64,000 bases of DNA from a virus. Taxonomy: Duplodnaviria; Heunggongvirae; Uroviricota; Caudoviricetes. Location of the stretch: positions 51,547 through 115,546 of IMG/VR virus record IMGVR_UViG_3300028591_000001; one strand, 5' to 3'. Under the pieces are notes generated by a model. That model was not told the DNA's origin, made no database searches, and saw nothing but the letters and a program-made list of their open reading frames with translations. Made by a program: the position numbers and the translations under genes. Shown one piece after another: positions 15,419 through 27,268 of the stretch (its first letter is position 1; the number at the start of each line of letters is the position of its first letter).

Positions 15419-17532
15419 ATATTATTATTTTTAATAAAATCTTCAATTATTGTATCTAAAGAAGGATTAATTTGTCCTCCTAATTCTTTTTTTCCTACTT
15501 TCTTTTCCAATACTTCTTTAGTCCTTTTTAATTTTTTTCCTAAACTTTCTTTAATTTTTTTAACACTTTCAGCAGTAGTTGTTTTAGTTTCAGAAGTTTT
15601 TGTTTTAGGTATTTCCATAGGTTTATAAGGATCATTAAAATAATTCCAAGCTCTTTTATACCAGGGTCCCTTAATATTATTCGTCTATCCAGTTCTTTGT
15701 TTAATATTCCAGGAATCTTTATTAAAATATTTGGCTGTTTGTTGTACTCTAGTTGGAGAATTTTCAGTAATAGCTTCTCCTCTTTGAATTACTTTTCCAG
15801 CAGAATTATTTAAAGCCATTCTTCTAGCTTGAGTGAATCCCATTATAACATTTCCAATTGCTCTCCAATCATCAACAGTCATATCTTGTCCATTAACAAC
15901 TTTATTCCAAGCAGCTTTTGCAGCCTAAGGTACAGAACCTGCAGCAAATATAGCACCTAACCAACCAGAAGCTTTCCGTAATTTACCTAAAATTCTTGCT
16001 GAAAGAGCAGCATCACCAACAATAGGAATAGCTCCTAAAGCAGATAATCCAGTATCCAATAAAGTATGACCAATATCTGATAAAGTAAAACCATCTTCAT
16101 CAAATATTCTATTCCAAGTTCTTAATCCGGTACCACTTAAAGCCAATCCTGCTGCGGAAATAGGTTCAGGATCTATTACAGAAGCAACATCTGCTGCTAT
16201 TCCAATTAATTCTCTAGTTTTATCAGGAGTCCATTCTGTATTAGCAAGATATTTATCCTGAGCCATTTTTTTAGCCAAAGCGTCTTGTTCTTTTTTTACT
16301 TTAGGGTTATTTTTATCTAACACATCCTAAAAAGAAGTTTGAGAAGTTTGTTCATTATAAAAATACTTAAACTATTTATTTAAAGTATCATAGTATAAAG
16401 GAGAATTTATTCCATTTATTTTTCTTAAATACTTAGATCTATTTCCCCAAATATTTGGATTTAATTTAGAAAGCTCTTCTTTTGATAAAGGAACCAATTG
16501 TCCATTTTTTTCAGCTAATTTAAATGCAGTTACAATTTGAGAAGCTTCGTCGCCATTCCAGTTTCCTTTAGAAAATAACTAAGTAAGATAGTCAATATTA
16601 CTTTCTTCTGTTTTTAATGGACGTCCATTAAGTTTAGAAAAATCAGGGGACTTAAATCCTTTCCAATAATTTGCTTGTTGTGTTTTTAATTTTTCGGATT
16701 CCTATTTAGCTTTATCTTCAGCCTATTGCTATTGAAGTTGATTCCACTAATTATAGGTATAAGGATTTCCATTTGAATCTAAATGAGTACTAGCCTCATT
16801 TCCTCCATTACTAAAAAATCCTCTATAATTTAATCCTAAAGCATTAAATGCTGGAATATCATCAGATTCATCTTCAGGAGTATTTCTTAAAGCATTGATT
16901 GCAGTTTGTATTTTAGTTCTAGCATCATTTTCATCTTTAAAAGAAGTTCCTTCAAAATTGAATTTTCCATCTTCAATAGTTTTTAAATATGCTTCTAATT
17001 CAGAAGCCATAGCTTTACGTCTTTCAGTAGTCCCTCTTAATCCATTTTCTCCTCTGGCATCAAGAGTATTCCAACCTGTTTCAGAATTTTCAAACAATGT
17101 AGGATCTCCACCATATTTATTATTTAGTAACTATTTTAAAAAACTTTCTTTAAAATTAAAAGGAGTTAAATTTTCTTTTTTCTTTTCCTCCTCTTTTTTA
17201 CGAGGAGTCATCTTAGCCATTTGCTATTGTATATAGTAAGCAGCATCTTGATACATTTCTTTTTCTAAATTAGATTTTGAATCAAGAGGTATTGCTTCTT
17301 GTCCGTGATTTATTGTCCAAATTCCATTATTATTAGATGCTCCAGTAAGACCATGATTCATAATATCCTAATAAGCAGCTAACCAAGCATTACGGTATTT
17401 ATCCTTTCTAGCCCAACGTTTACTTCCAAGATATCCTTCTACTCCATTAGCTAAATTAGTCATTAAATCCTATTGGGAGATTTCATCCTAACCATAAGGA
17501 ATATATGTAATTTCCTAATTATTTTCCGCCAT
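15415..17532 (-). CDS. Putative virion cargo protein (705 aa) with hydrophobic helical hairpins
   Basis: Four track fragments (15415, 15685, 15925, 16747) are in one frame, joined by TAG. Hydrophobic segment LIGIAADVASVIDPEPISAAGLAL...LSALGAIPIVGDAAL. Confidence 0.7.
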
Positions 17533-17552
17533 AATAAAATCAATTTAAAATA

Positions 17553-17597
17553 AGTAAAGGGCGACACGGCTTTCGTGTCCGCATCGCCCTTCTTACT
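17553..17597 (-). terminator. GC-rich intergenic hairpin (terminator or processing site)
   Basis: Minus strand AAGGGCGA...GACACG-AAAGC-CGTGTC...GCCCTT followed by a T-rich tract. Confidence 0.55.
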
Positions 17598-17608
17598 AAG
17601 TTAAACAA

Positions 17609-17932
17609 TTACTTCTAAATCCATCCGGCAAGTTTACCACCTTTTTTAAATACTGGTGCTTGACCTTCTGGTGCAGCAGGACCTTCAGGAGCTCCTCCGC
17701 CTAACATCTGTACTATTGCTTGCAATACTTGCATTGCTAAATTACAGTCTTGATTTTGTAATGCAGCCATTGCAGCTTCAAGAATCTAAGCTGTAGGATC
17801 TTCACCACCAGCGGGTGCTTCTGCAGGTGCAGCCCCAGCTGGAGCTTCTGCAGGAGGAGGAGTCATTTCTCCACCTTCCTAGAACTTCTTAATCATTTCA
17901 TTTAATTGTTTGTTGTTACTTGTAATTTTCAT
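17609..17932 (-). CDS. Small Ala/Pro/Gly-rich protein (107 aa), probable virion component
   Basis: MKITSNNKQLNEMIKKF(Q)EGGEMTPPPAEAPAG...PVFKKGGKLAGWI(Q)K*. Absent from the track because of internal TAGs. Confidence 0.8.
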
Positions 17933-18035
17933 AAATAACGTTATTTTTAATTGGTTATATATATAAGGCTCTAAATAGAGCATTTCTGAAATATCTTTTA
18001 GATAAAAATATTAATTCTTATTAATTAATCAAATT

Positions 18036-18269
18036 TTAATTAGATGAATTAATAGATTTTTTAAAAATGTCTGTAACATTATCTAAACCCAAAAGTGAAG
18101 CACTTGTAACATATACTAATTCAGCAAAATCTGGAATTGGTCTAACCATTACAAAAGATGCTATAAGTAATCCTAGACAAATGGTCATTCCTAGTGCTCC
18201 AAATACCCGTTTTGAACTAAATCCTCCACTATGAGCTTGAAATATTGTTTTCCAACTAATTTTATTCAT
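18036..18269 (-). CDS. Putative holin (77 aa, two TM segments)
   Basis: SSKR motif followed by two hydrophobic helices; adjacent to a lysozyme gene. Confidence 0.6.
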   Translation of the reverse strand: MNKISWKTIFQAHSGGFSSKRVFGALGMTICLGLLIASFVMVRPIPDFAELVYVTSASLLGLDNVTDIFKKSINSSN

Positions 18270-18277
18270 AAAATTAA

Positions 18278-19012
18278 TTATTTAAGAGATTTAGCATTTT
18301 TTATTCTATGACTTAAATGAGAAACTCCAGGGCGTTCAAATCTTTCCATAAATACTTTAGTAGCTCCTTCTATGGTATCAGTATTTAAAATTCCTTCTAA
18401 TATTTTAAAAGGTGTTTGCCCATAATTTTTATTAGTCATTTCTTCCCAAACAAAATTTAATTGTGTATCTAAATCTGAAACACTAGTTCCTCTATCTTTA
18501 GCATAAGACTCAAGATTTTTTCTTCTACTACCATTCCACTATCCTAATCCTATAGATTTACCAGAATCTCCTATAGCTGAAGTATTTAAATTTATATCTC
18601 CGCTTTCTGTCATAAAATTACCTATAATTCCAGCTGACTAAATATATGATAAATTATTTGCTTCTTCATCTGATTTTCCAGATTCTTTTAATTTTTTATA
18701 TAATTTTTTTCTAAAAAAATCTCTAGCATATCCTACTTTATTCGATAAACTTTTATTATCAAATAAATTGTTATTAGGAACATATTCGTCTGAATGAGTT
18801 TCAGCATTTTTATCAATAAAACTTGTATCAAAAGCTTTAGATTCTGGAGTATTTGCTGGAGCTATATAATTTCCAGTACTACTTAACCTATATCCTTCTG
18901 GAAGATTAGATAATCCAAATAAAGGATCTTCTACTTTAGTTACTTCAGGTTCAAGATAACGATATTTAGTAAAAGCTGGATTAAAATCTTCAAATGGATT
19001 ATATGTAACCAT
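18278..19012 (-). CDS. Phage tail-type lysozyme domain protein (244 aa)
   Basis: C-terminal AGIIGNFMTES...IGLG(Q)WNGSRR...LDTQLNFVWEEM...FERP matches the phage tail lysozyme pattern; it lies beyond the TAG at 18638. Confidence 0.85.
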
Positions 19013-19015
19013 ATA

Positions 19016-19621
19016 TTATCCCTCCTTCTTTTCGGGGGCATCTACATATTCTGGTTTACGAGTATCTTGACCCTTTAATACTTTAAATATGTATTTACCC
19101 AATGCCTTGTAATCTTTATCTTCTTTAGAAGAAGCTGCTTTTAATGCTTTTTTAATAAGAACTACGGTTTCTCTTCTACTAACTATTCGTTCCCCACCTT
19201 CTAAATGCATTTGAACAGTACCATCAGGAGAAAGTACTTTCATTACATATTCTTCGTCTTCTTCATCTTCAATATCTGCTTCATCACCCACTTTTATTCC
19301 TGAATCAGCATTTACTTCAAGAACATAAGAAGCAACTCCTTCTATTTTATCATCTTCTGGGTTTCCTCTTTTAACATCTAATACTTTAAATTCATCATCC
19401 ATAAATATCATATCTAATGGAAATGCTACATTATGCATATGAAATAAAGTTTCAACAGGATTAGATTCGTTAATTACAAATAACATTCCCTCATCTTTAG
19501 GAAGAGATTTAAAATGCTGTAATCCTTGCTTTTTCTACTCTTCGGACTTGGCAATAAAAATATCATATTCCTATCCACCAAGTTTTATAGTTCCTATATT
19601 TTTAGATTTTCTTGCTTCCAT
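19016..19621 (-). CDS. DUF192-like protein (201 aa)
   Basis: A.SEE(Q)KKQGLQH..SLPKDEGMLFV...FHMHNVAFPLDMIF...YVLEVNA is the DUF192 signature. Confidence 0.8.
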
Positions 19622-19622
19622 A

Positions 19623-20831
19623 TTACATTTTCTCCTATATCTCTTCAATTAATCCAGTTTTATCATCTGTATGTTTAGTAATTTCACAGGTAAGAATCTT
19701 ACCCATTTCAATTGCAATTTCATCTTTTTTAGTAGAGGATTCTTCTGAGTTATATTTCTTATAAAGTTCTTCCATTTTATCTGTTATTTCTTTTCTAAAG
19801 ATAATTTCATCACGCTCGATTTCAGCTTGTTGTTCTCCTTTATTATCTACAACAGGAATTCCTTTAGCAGTAAAATCTTCACCTGCTCCTTCCATATTAT
19901 TCTTTCTAGCATGAAGAGCTCCTTCTGGAATTACAGACATTTGTCCCCCTTGTTTAAAATAATTTAACTCTCCTCCGTCTTCCATTTTAAATGGTTTATA
20001 GTTAGGATAATATTTCTTATATTCTTTTACAAATAATTCAGCTTCTTCTGGGATCATTTCTAAAACATTATTTCTTTCTAAAGCTCTATCTAAAGCTCTA
20101 TCCTTATACCACCATAAATTTCCAGCTGGATCTTGTTGAATTTCTGGAAAGACATATGTTCTACCATTATATGTATCATAATTTAGAAGATGAGTTCCTA
20201 TTTTTCCATCTGGAAAAGTATAAGTTCTTTCATCATTTTCTAATATTCTCTAAATAAAAGGAGGTTTCTAATTATTAGCGTAGGTAATTAACTATTCAAT
20301 ATTTCTTTTAGATTTTCCACCTTTCTAAAAACTATCAATTAAATCTTCACTCTATTCCTTCTGAATGTTGACTTGGTTCTAGTCCAAGGTATTTTCTTTT
20401 TGTGATTTATTTTTACTATAGGTCCAACAGTCTTTTTCTTCATTATATACTCTAATAAATCCTCCTTGCTTAAGTTCCTAGACAAATGGAATTACATCAT
20501 TATCCCAAACTCTAATATCTTTAGCAACGGTTTCATTATCTTTTCCTTTATTAAGGTATTCATATTCATCTGTTTCTTCATTATATCCTATTGAAGGTAA
20601 TTTGTAAGTATTTTCATCAATAGGCTAAATCATTCCTTCCCACAAAGCTTCTTTATAATTAGATGGAGAACCATAAGCTTTCCAAGCGGCTTTCATTCTA
20701 TAGTTTTCTCCAACTACAAGTTCTTTAGGAAGTGTTTCTAAAAATCTATCAAAAGGATCTCCAACAATTTCCTTTTTGTTAGAGATTCCTTTTGACATAT
20801 TAATTATATTTTTTAATCTGGAACGTTGCAT
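19623..20831 (-). CDS. Hypothetical virion/cargo protein (~402 aa) with several xxGG motifs
   Basis: Fragments 20625-20831 and 19635-20057 are in frame; true stop is TAA at 19623. Confidence 0.7.
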
Positions 20832-22306
20832 AATATCATTTGTTTATTATCAATTAATGCAGCTCCAGATAATAGTCTCATTCCTATATTATGGTTAGTT
20901 GCATTATTAAATATCTTCATTCCTTGTTTTCCAATTGCAGCCTATTTAAAACCACCTTGAATCATCTGAGCATATTTTTGATTATTTATAGAAGACATAT
21001 CCTAACTTTTAATATTCTATAAAATATTCTAATCAGCCATACCTAGTATCTTTTTCCAAGCATAATTAGCAAATTCAATATTCTTCTAGGCATCTCTTTT
21101 AGCCCCTTGAGAGAATGTACCATAGGTTTTTCCAGCCTCTTCTCTAGCTTGATTAAATCTATCATTAAGATTTCCAAAAGCGTCCCCCATAAAAGAATTA
21201 GCTTTCTCTGAATTCTGCCAAGACTAATTATCGAAAGTACCTGTTTTAGAAGAACCCCACATATTAGCCCATTTTACTGCAAAAGGCATAAAAGCAGAAC
21301 CAAGAATAGCGTCAGTCTTAGTCATACCATCAGTAGAACCAAATACATTACTAAGACCTTTATTAAGAGCCATTGCTCCAGATATTGCAGTACCAACCCC
21401 AGGAATAAATCCTACTCCCATTTGAGCCAAATCATAAGCAGTATCCATTCCTTGAGTTATAGAACCATATCTTCCTCCGTACTCTTTAGAACTTCCTAAG
21501 GCTGCTTGTAGTCCAGTACCTACAACAGAACCAGCTAATCCAGCTATATTACCAATAGCAGCAGCTTTTGAAAGTCCTCCAGCAGCTTTTGAAAGTCCTC
21601 CAGCAGCTTGTGTAACTCCTTTAGCTCCTTTTAATGCTTTTATGGAATCTACGAGAGTATTAGTAGCTCCTTTTCCTGCAACCAAATTAGAAAGAGTTTC
21701 TCCTCCAACCTATCCTAATCCAGTAGCAATTCCTTGTCCAATACCCCTAGATAGCATTGAATCTCCACCTAAAGTATTAATACCTTGTCCAATATAATTA
21801 GCCGCTATTCCTGCACCAGTTCCAGCTAGGGAAGAACCAACATTTTTTCCTAAACCTTCTGTAAGAGAAACTCCTCTCATTAGATTATTTCCCATAGTAT
21901 TAGCAGCAGTATTAACTCCTTGGCTAAATATTCCTCCAAGGGTTTGTCCAACTTCACTATCTCCAAATAAATTTAATTGCTAAGTAAATTTATCAGATAA
22001 TATAGATGAAACTGCACTTACTCCTGCATTTTTAAGAGCTTGACCAGTTTTAGACTAAAAGAAAGATTGTTTCTAAGGCTAATTAAAAGTATCCCAAAAT
22101 ATCTAGTCTAGAGATTTAGGTTTAGGTAAACTAGGATTATCTATAAAAGTACTCCAATTATTAGAAGAATAATCTAAACTAGCTAATTTAGGATACCCTG
22201 ATAAATTTATAGGATTAAGGGAAGTCTATGTTTTAGTCGAAATAGGAGATTCATATTTTAAACTAGGAAGATCTAATCCATTAAATCCTTTTCTAATCTT
22301 ACGCAT
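20813..22306 (-). CDS. Gly/Ala-rich glycine-zipper protein (~497 aa), probable membrane-spanning ejection protein
   Basis: Fragments 21224-21685 and 21710-21895 are in frame with ATG 22306. Multiple GxxxG hydrophobic segments; 21-bp tandem duplication (GGLSKAA x2) near 21560-21605. Confidence 0.7.
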
Positions 22307-25300
22307 AACTTATAGTATATAAAGTAATTAAACTATGAATAATAGCTAGATTTTTTCCACTATATCTAACTCTTACCTTTACCCATTTATCTCTAATTCT
22401 TGTTTCTTTACGAGCTGTCCAATTATTAGTATCAATATTATAGTCCCAATTATTAGTTCCTAACGCTTTATATATATTAGGAAGAATATCATATGTAATT
22501 TGGTTAGTTATTAATGAATTAGGAATATTAGAAGAATTAACTACTATAGGAGGAATATTTAAATTCTCTATATTAGCAGGATATGAAGAAAGAATATCAT
22601 TTCCATCTAATAACGACAAATTTAATATAAAATCTTGTCCTTCTGCTGTAGTCCACTATGTTTCATTTTTCTAATTAAATATAATAGAAGGAATCTAAAT
22701 ACTCCACTTTCCTTCTTTATAATAAGAATTTCCTCTTAATCTTCCTACTAAAGGTATTGGACTATTTTTAATATGGGTTACAATATTAAATTGATTTAAA
22801 TCTCTATTCCATTTTACTTCTGATCCAGATAAATTCTTAAAGTCGTATCCAGCAGATGAAATATCATCTAACATTCCTCTATATTTATAATAAATATCAT
22901 TAAAAGTATCTACTTTTTCATAATATAAAGGAAATATTGTAGATTTTATCTATTGTACTAGTCCTTGACTATCTACAGGATACACTTTATCAAATTTTGA
23001 ATATTGATCTTTATATTCATTAGAATTTTGAATATCTGTTTTATTTTTTCGCTTAGGATTTCCTCTATAATATTGTTCATAAGTATAATCATCATAAGCA
23101 ACTTCTGCATAATCTCTGTCATACAACATATCAGAACCCATATTCTAATACATATTCTTAGTTGCTTCCTATCTAAAATACATATTTCGTTTATCAGAAG
23201 AAAATTCATAATTGTCTCCTTCGATTTCAAAATGGAATGATTCAGGTTCAGCTTTATTAGAAATAATTTCTAAATTAGTAAATATCTTTTGCTAACCTAT
23301 TTTGTCGTTTACTACAAATTCAAATTCAAATGGATGATATTCACCATACCAATGTGTTGGATAAATATTTTCTGTAACATTAAATATTCCAGCTCTTCCA
23401 TGCAAATAAAAATCGGTTGTAAGAGAATTTAATAATTCTTTAAAAGTAAAGCAAATCTATTGAGGTTTAAGCTACATTATAGATTCTTCTCCATTCTATA
23501 TATTACCATTATATACTATTGGTTGAATATATAAAGTTACTACTTTTTGATTATAATAATTCATTAATTTAAGTAAATTATTTTTACCTTCTCCAGTAAT
23601 TCTTAATTTTTTCTTACCTGGTTCATCTCTATCAATAGTAAAGAAACTGTAATATCCCCAATGATCTTTTAATATTTTATATTCAATAGCAGAATCATTA
23701 ATTATTTCTTTTGTAGCAGGATCTCTGTAATAAATTTCTGTAGTACATACTACAACTTCACCATTACTTTCAATTTCGGTTAATAGTGGGCTATTTAAAA
23801 CTACTCCTGTTCTAGAAGCATTAGCATAATTATTTACATCCAACATTGATATTGCTTTAGAAGTATTTCTATTAAAACTAAAGAATTGTGTATCAATATT
23901 TTCTGAATAACTAGGAACCCAACTATAAAAAGTAATAAACTCTTCTAACAGTTCATTATAACAAAGATTCCAGACTTTTTCTTCATCTTTATACATATCA
24001 TCATAGAAAGTAAACATTATATCTTTTTTATTATTATTATAATGTGTTTTTACATTCTTTATTCCAATTATAGGATAAAGTTCTCTTTCTCCTAATGATA
24101 TATTATCAATTAAAAATTTATTTACTTTGAAATCAGATATAAGTTCTAATTGTTGTCCTCCTTTAATTCTCCATATTTTTTTAGCTATAGTATCTACTCC
24201 ATAAATATTTCCTACTTCAGTTTTTATTACAGATTCTGGCCACTAAGTACCATATGTATTAGTAATAATAACAAGCTCTTCAGGAAGAACATTTTTAGTA
24301 TTTATAAATACTTCTCCACCATCACCTTCTCCAGCTAAAATTCTTTCATTAATAGCAGCCAAACCTATAGCATGTTCAAATACTACTAATAAATTTCCAT
24401 TAATTTCTACTAATTTCTATATAGAACCATATTCAGAAGAATAGTCTCTAAAATACGTTGAATAAGATTCTCTATAATTATTTTTGAAAGAATCCTAAAT
24501 AGCAACAGCAGAATACTAAATTCTATTAGAGAAGGAATTTTTTACATAGTTAGTATCTTGTAAAGTAAAATATGATTTATATCCTAAAGAAGCTCTATAA
24601 GCATCATTGTATAAATAAGAGTCAGGCATTTTATAATTACCTAACCACATTGACTGTTTTCTAGGATAAAAAGATCTAGGAGAACCCATTAATGCTGCTT
24701 CTGATACATATGAATTATCTTCAGAACGTAATGCATAGTTATATGAACTCATTACTTCTATAGTAATCCAACTTCCTAATTGCACTGCATTAATATCTGA
24801 TCTAGATATATTTTTAAATTCTGCAGGATCTTGAGCTCTATAGTGGTCTCTCCAAGTATTTTTATCAATTATTTGATCGTTATTAGGAAGAGAGGCATCA
24901 TTAAAGTTTCTATTTAATCTATATGTAAATATATTATAGTAGCAGTCTCCTCTAAAACAATCTAAATATAAAGTAGTTTCTCCCTATACAGTTTCCTTAT
25001 TAAGTTCTTCCCAATTATATCTATCAGATATAGCATAGAAAGGTTCACTAGAATGCATTCTTGTTAAATACTACTAATCATCATCTATGTAAGAATCCTA
25101 ATAAATATTATATAGTTCACCTATATCTAAGGTACTTCCAGAAATTGCCAAATAAGGAGAATATTTACCTCTTACAATATTAGTAGCATTATTAATAGAA
25201 TCAAAATCTTCGTCTCCTGCACTATATGTTCCATTGTCTATTTGTGCATAATTAAATCTATAAGATTCTTCTCCTTTTCCTATTTCTAATTTAAAAATGG

Positions 25301-27263
25301 TTTTATCTAATGCAATAGTAGGAACATCCTCAGTTACAGTACATATTTTAACCTATTTATTTGTTGTATCTTCAAAACTAATTTGAGAATCTTTTTCTAT
25401 ATAAAAACGGTCCCCTATTGAAGAATCCCTATGTTCTAAATAAGCATTACTAGTAGCCTTTTGAAGTTTAAATTTACTTCCATTAAATATTTGATTGTAA
25501 TAAGGCTAATTTAATAAGAAATCTGGACAAATTGCAGCATAAGAATTAGAACTAATACTTTCTGGACTTCCATATTTATAAATTCTTTTATCATAAGCAT
25601 TTTCAACTAATAATCCCTCCTAAGTTACAAAAGATTCTGTTCTATAATCTTCCCCCTCTCTAACTTTAATAACAGGAGCTTGTAAAACAGTATCCATTGG
25701 AAGAATATAGCACTATGCTAACAAATTAGGAATTCTTTTTTGTCTAACAAAAAATAAACCTCTTATTCCAAGAGTAGTTAAATAATTACTAACTTCCTCT
25801 GGAATTTTAAACTAAACTTTTATAACAGAATTATTAGAATCATTAATAATTTTACAAACTCCTCTTGAGTTTAACTAATAATTTCCGCTATAGTCTTGCT
25901 AATTTATAATCCATCCTTCATCATCTATCTTAATATATTTTCTTAATCTCTTATTATCAAAAAGACTTCCAATATAATCAATACTATCTTGATTATTAGT
26001 ATCATATCCTAAAGTATTATAAACACTAGAAAGAGTTCCATTATCATAAATAAATACTACTCCAAATCTATAATATTCTCCATTAAAATATCCTACATTG
26101 GAGTACATATTATAGGAACTATAATATCCATCTTTAGAGTAATTTTTATCCTATTTTACATTAGCATTATCTACTAATAAACACTTTGGAACTATTCTTA
26201 AAGCACAATCCTATAATTCTTTATAATTATCATAATTCTTTACAATATTTCCAAAGAATAACATATTTTTACATTGGGCTTGTGTCAATATACTTTTTGC
26301 ATTAAACCTAGTAGCATTTAATATATTAGGATCTAAATCTTCAACTTCCTCATTACCAGTTATTTGAATTGTAATTCTATTAGAGTTAATTGCATATTTC
26401 TAATAAATCTTTTTACACTCATATACTCTATTCTACTAATAATCAGCAAAATATCTTACATAATATATTTTTAAGTAGTTGTAAGAAGAATCAAGATTTT
26501 TTAATTGAAGTTTAATTCCTTTATTACTTACTTGATTTTTAATTCCGCCATCCATTGAGAAAGGGTCTCCATCTACTCCAATAAATACTGGAATTAAACC
26601 AGATTCCCCAATAAAATCAGATTCATTATTATCCGCATCACAATAAGTAAAATAAAAACAATACTATCCTACTGGAAGAATTCCATTTATAAATCCTTTG
26701 TAATATATTTTAGGATTTGTTTTATACTAAAAATATAAAGAAGTATCCTTTTCAAATGAGTCTGATGAATAAATATTTGTATCATTTTCTCCAATTCTAT
26801 CAACAATTTCATAAGTATTCTTTTCTCTAGTAGAAAATCTAGAATTTATTAATCTTGGAGTGTTTTTATCATCATTAATAATTAAATTTACTGAACCATC
26901 ATATGATGGCTAAATTTCAATATCTAAAGGATGATTAATATCAAAATTTAATTGCTATGTATCTAAATTTATTAAAGAATCTTTGGTAATTGTACTATAG
27001 TTATAACCAGACTTTGGAGCAGTAATTTTAGAATAAGATAAAACATATTCTATATCAATTATATTTTTATCCTAATCCTTCCAACTGTTATTTTCTGGAA
27101 TTAAAATTCTTCCATTTCTTTTATCAACAGCTTTACCTTCTGGTATTAAAAATCCATTATATTCTATTAAATTTTCATTAGTCTAATAATTAAAGAATGG
27201 ATTATACTCAAAAGCCATATTACCCTTCTATTGCAAAGTATTTAAGTATGTATGTATTTGCAT
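22299..27263 (-). CDS. Tail stabilisation/tail-tip protein of crAss-like phages (~1654 aa)
   Basis: Five track fragments in one frame. Motifs EYYRFGVVFIYDNG, LCYNELLEEFITFYSWVP and C-terminal RIRDKWVKVRV are typical of crAss-like tail stabilisation proteins. Confidence 0.75.
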
Positions 27264-27268
27264 AATAA

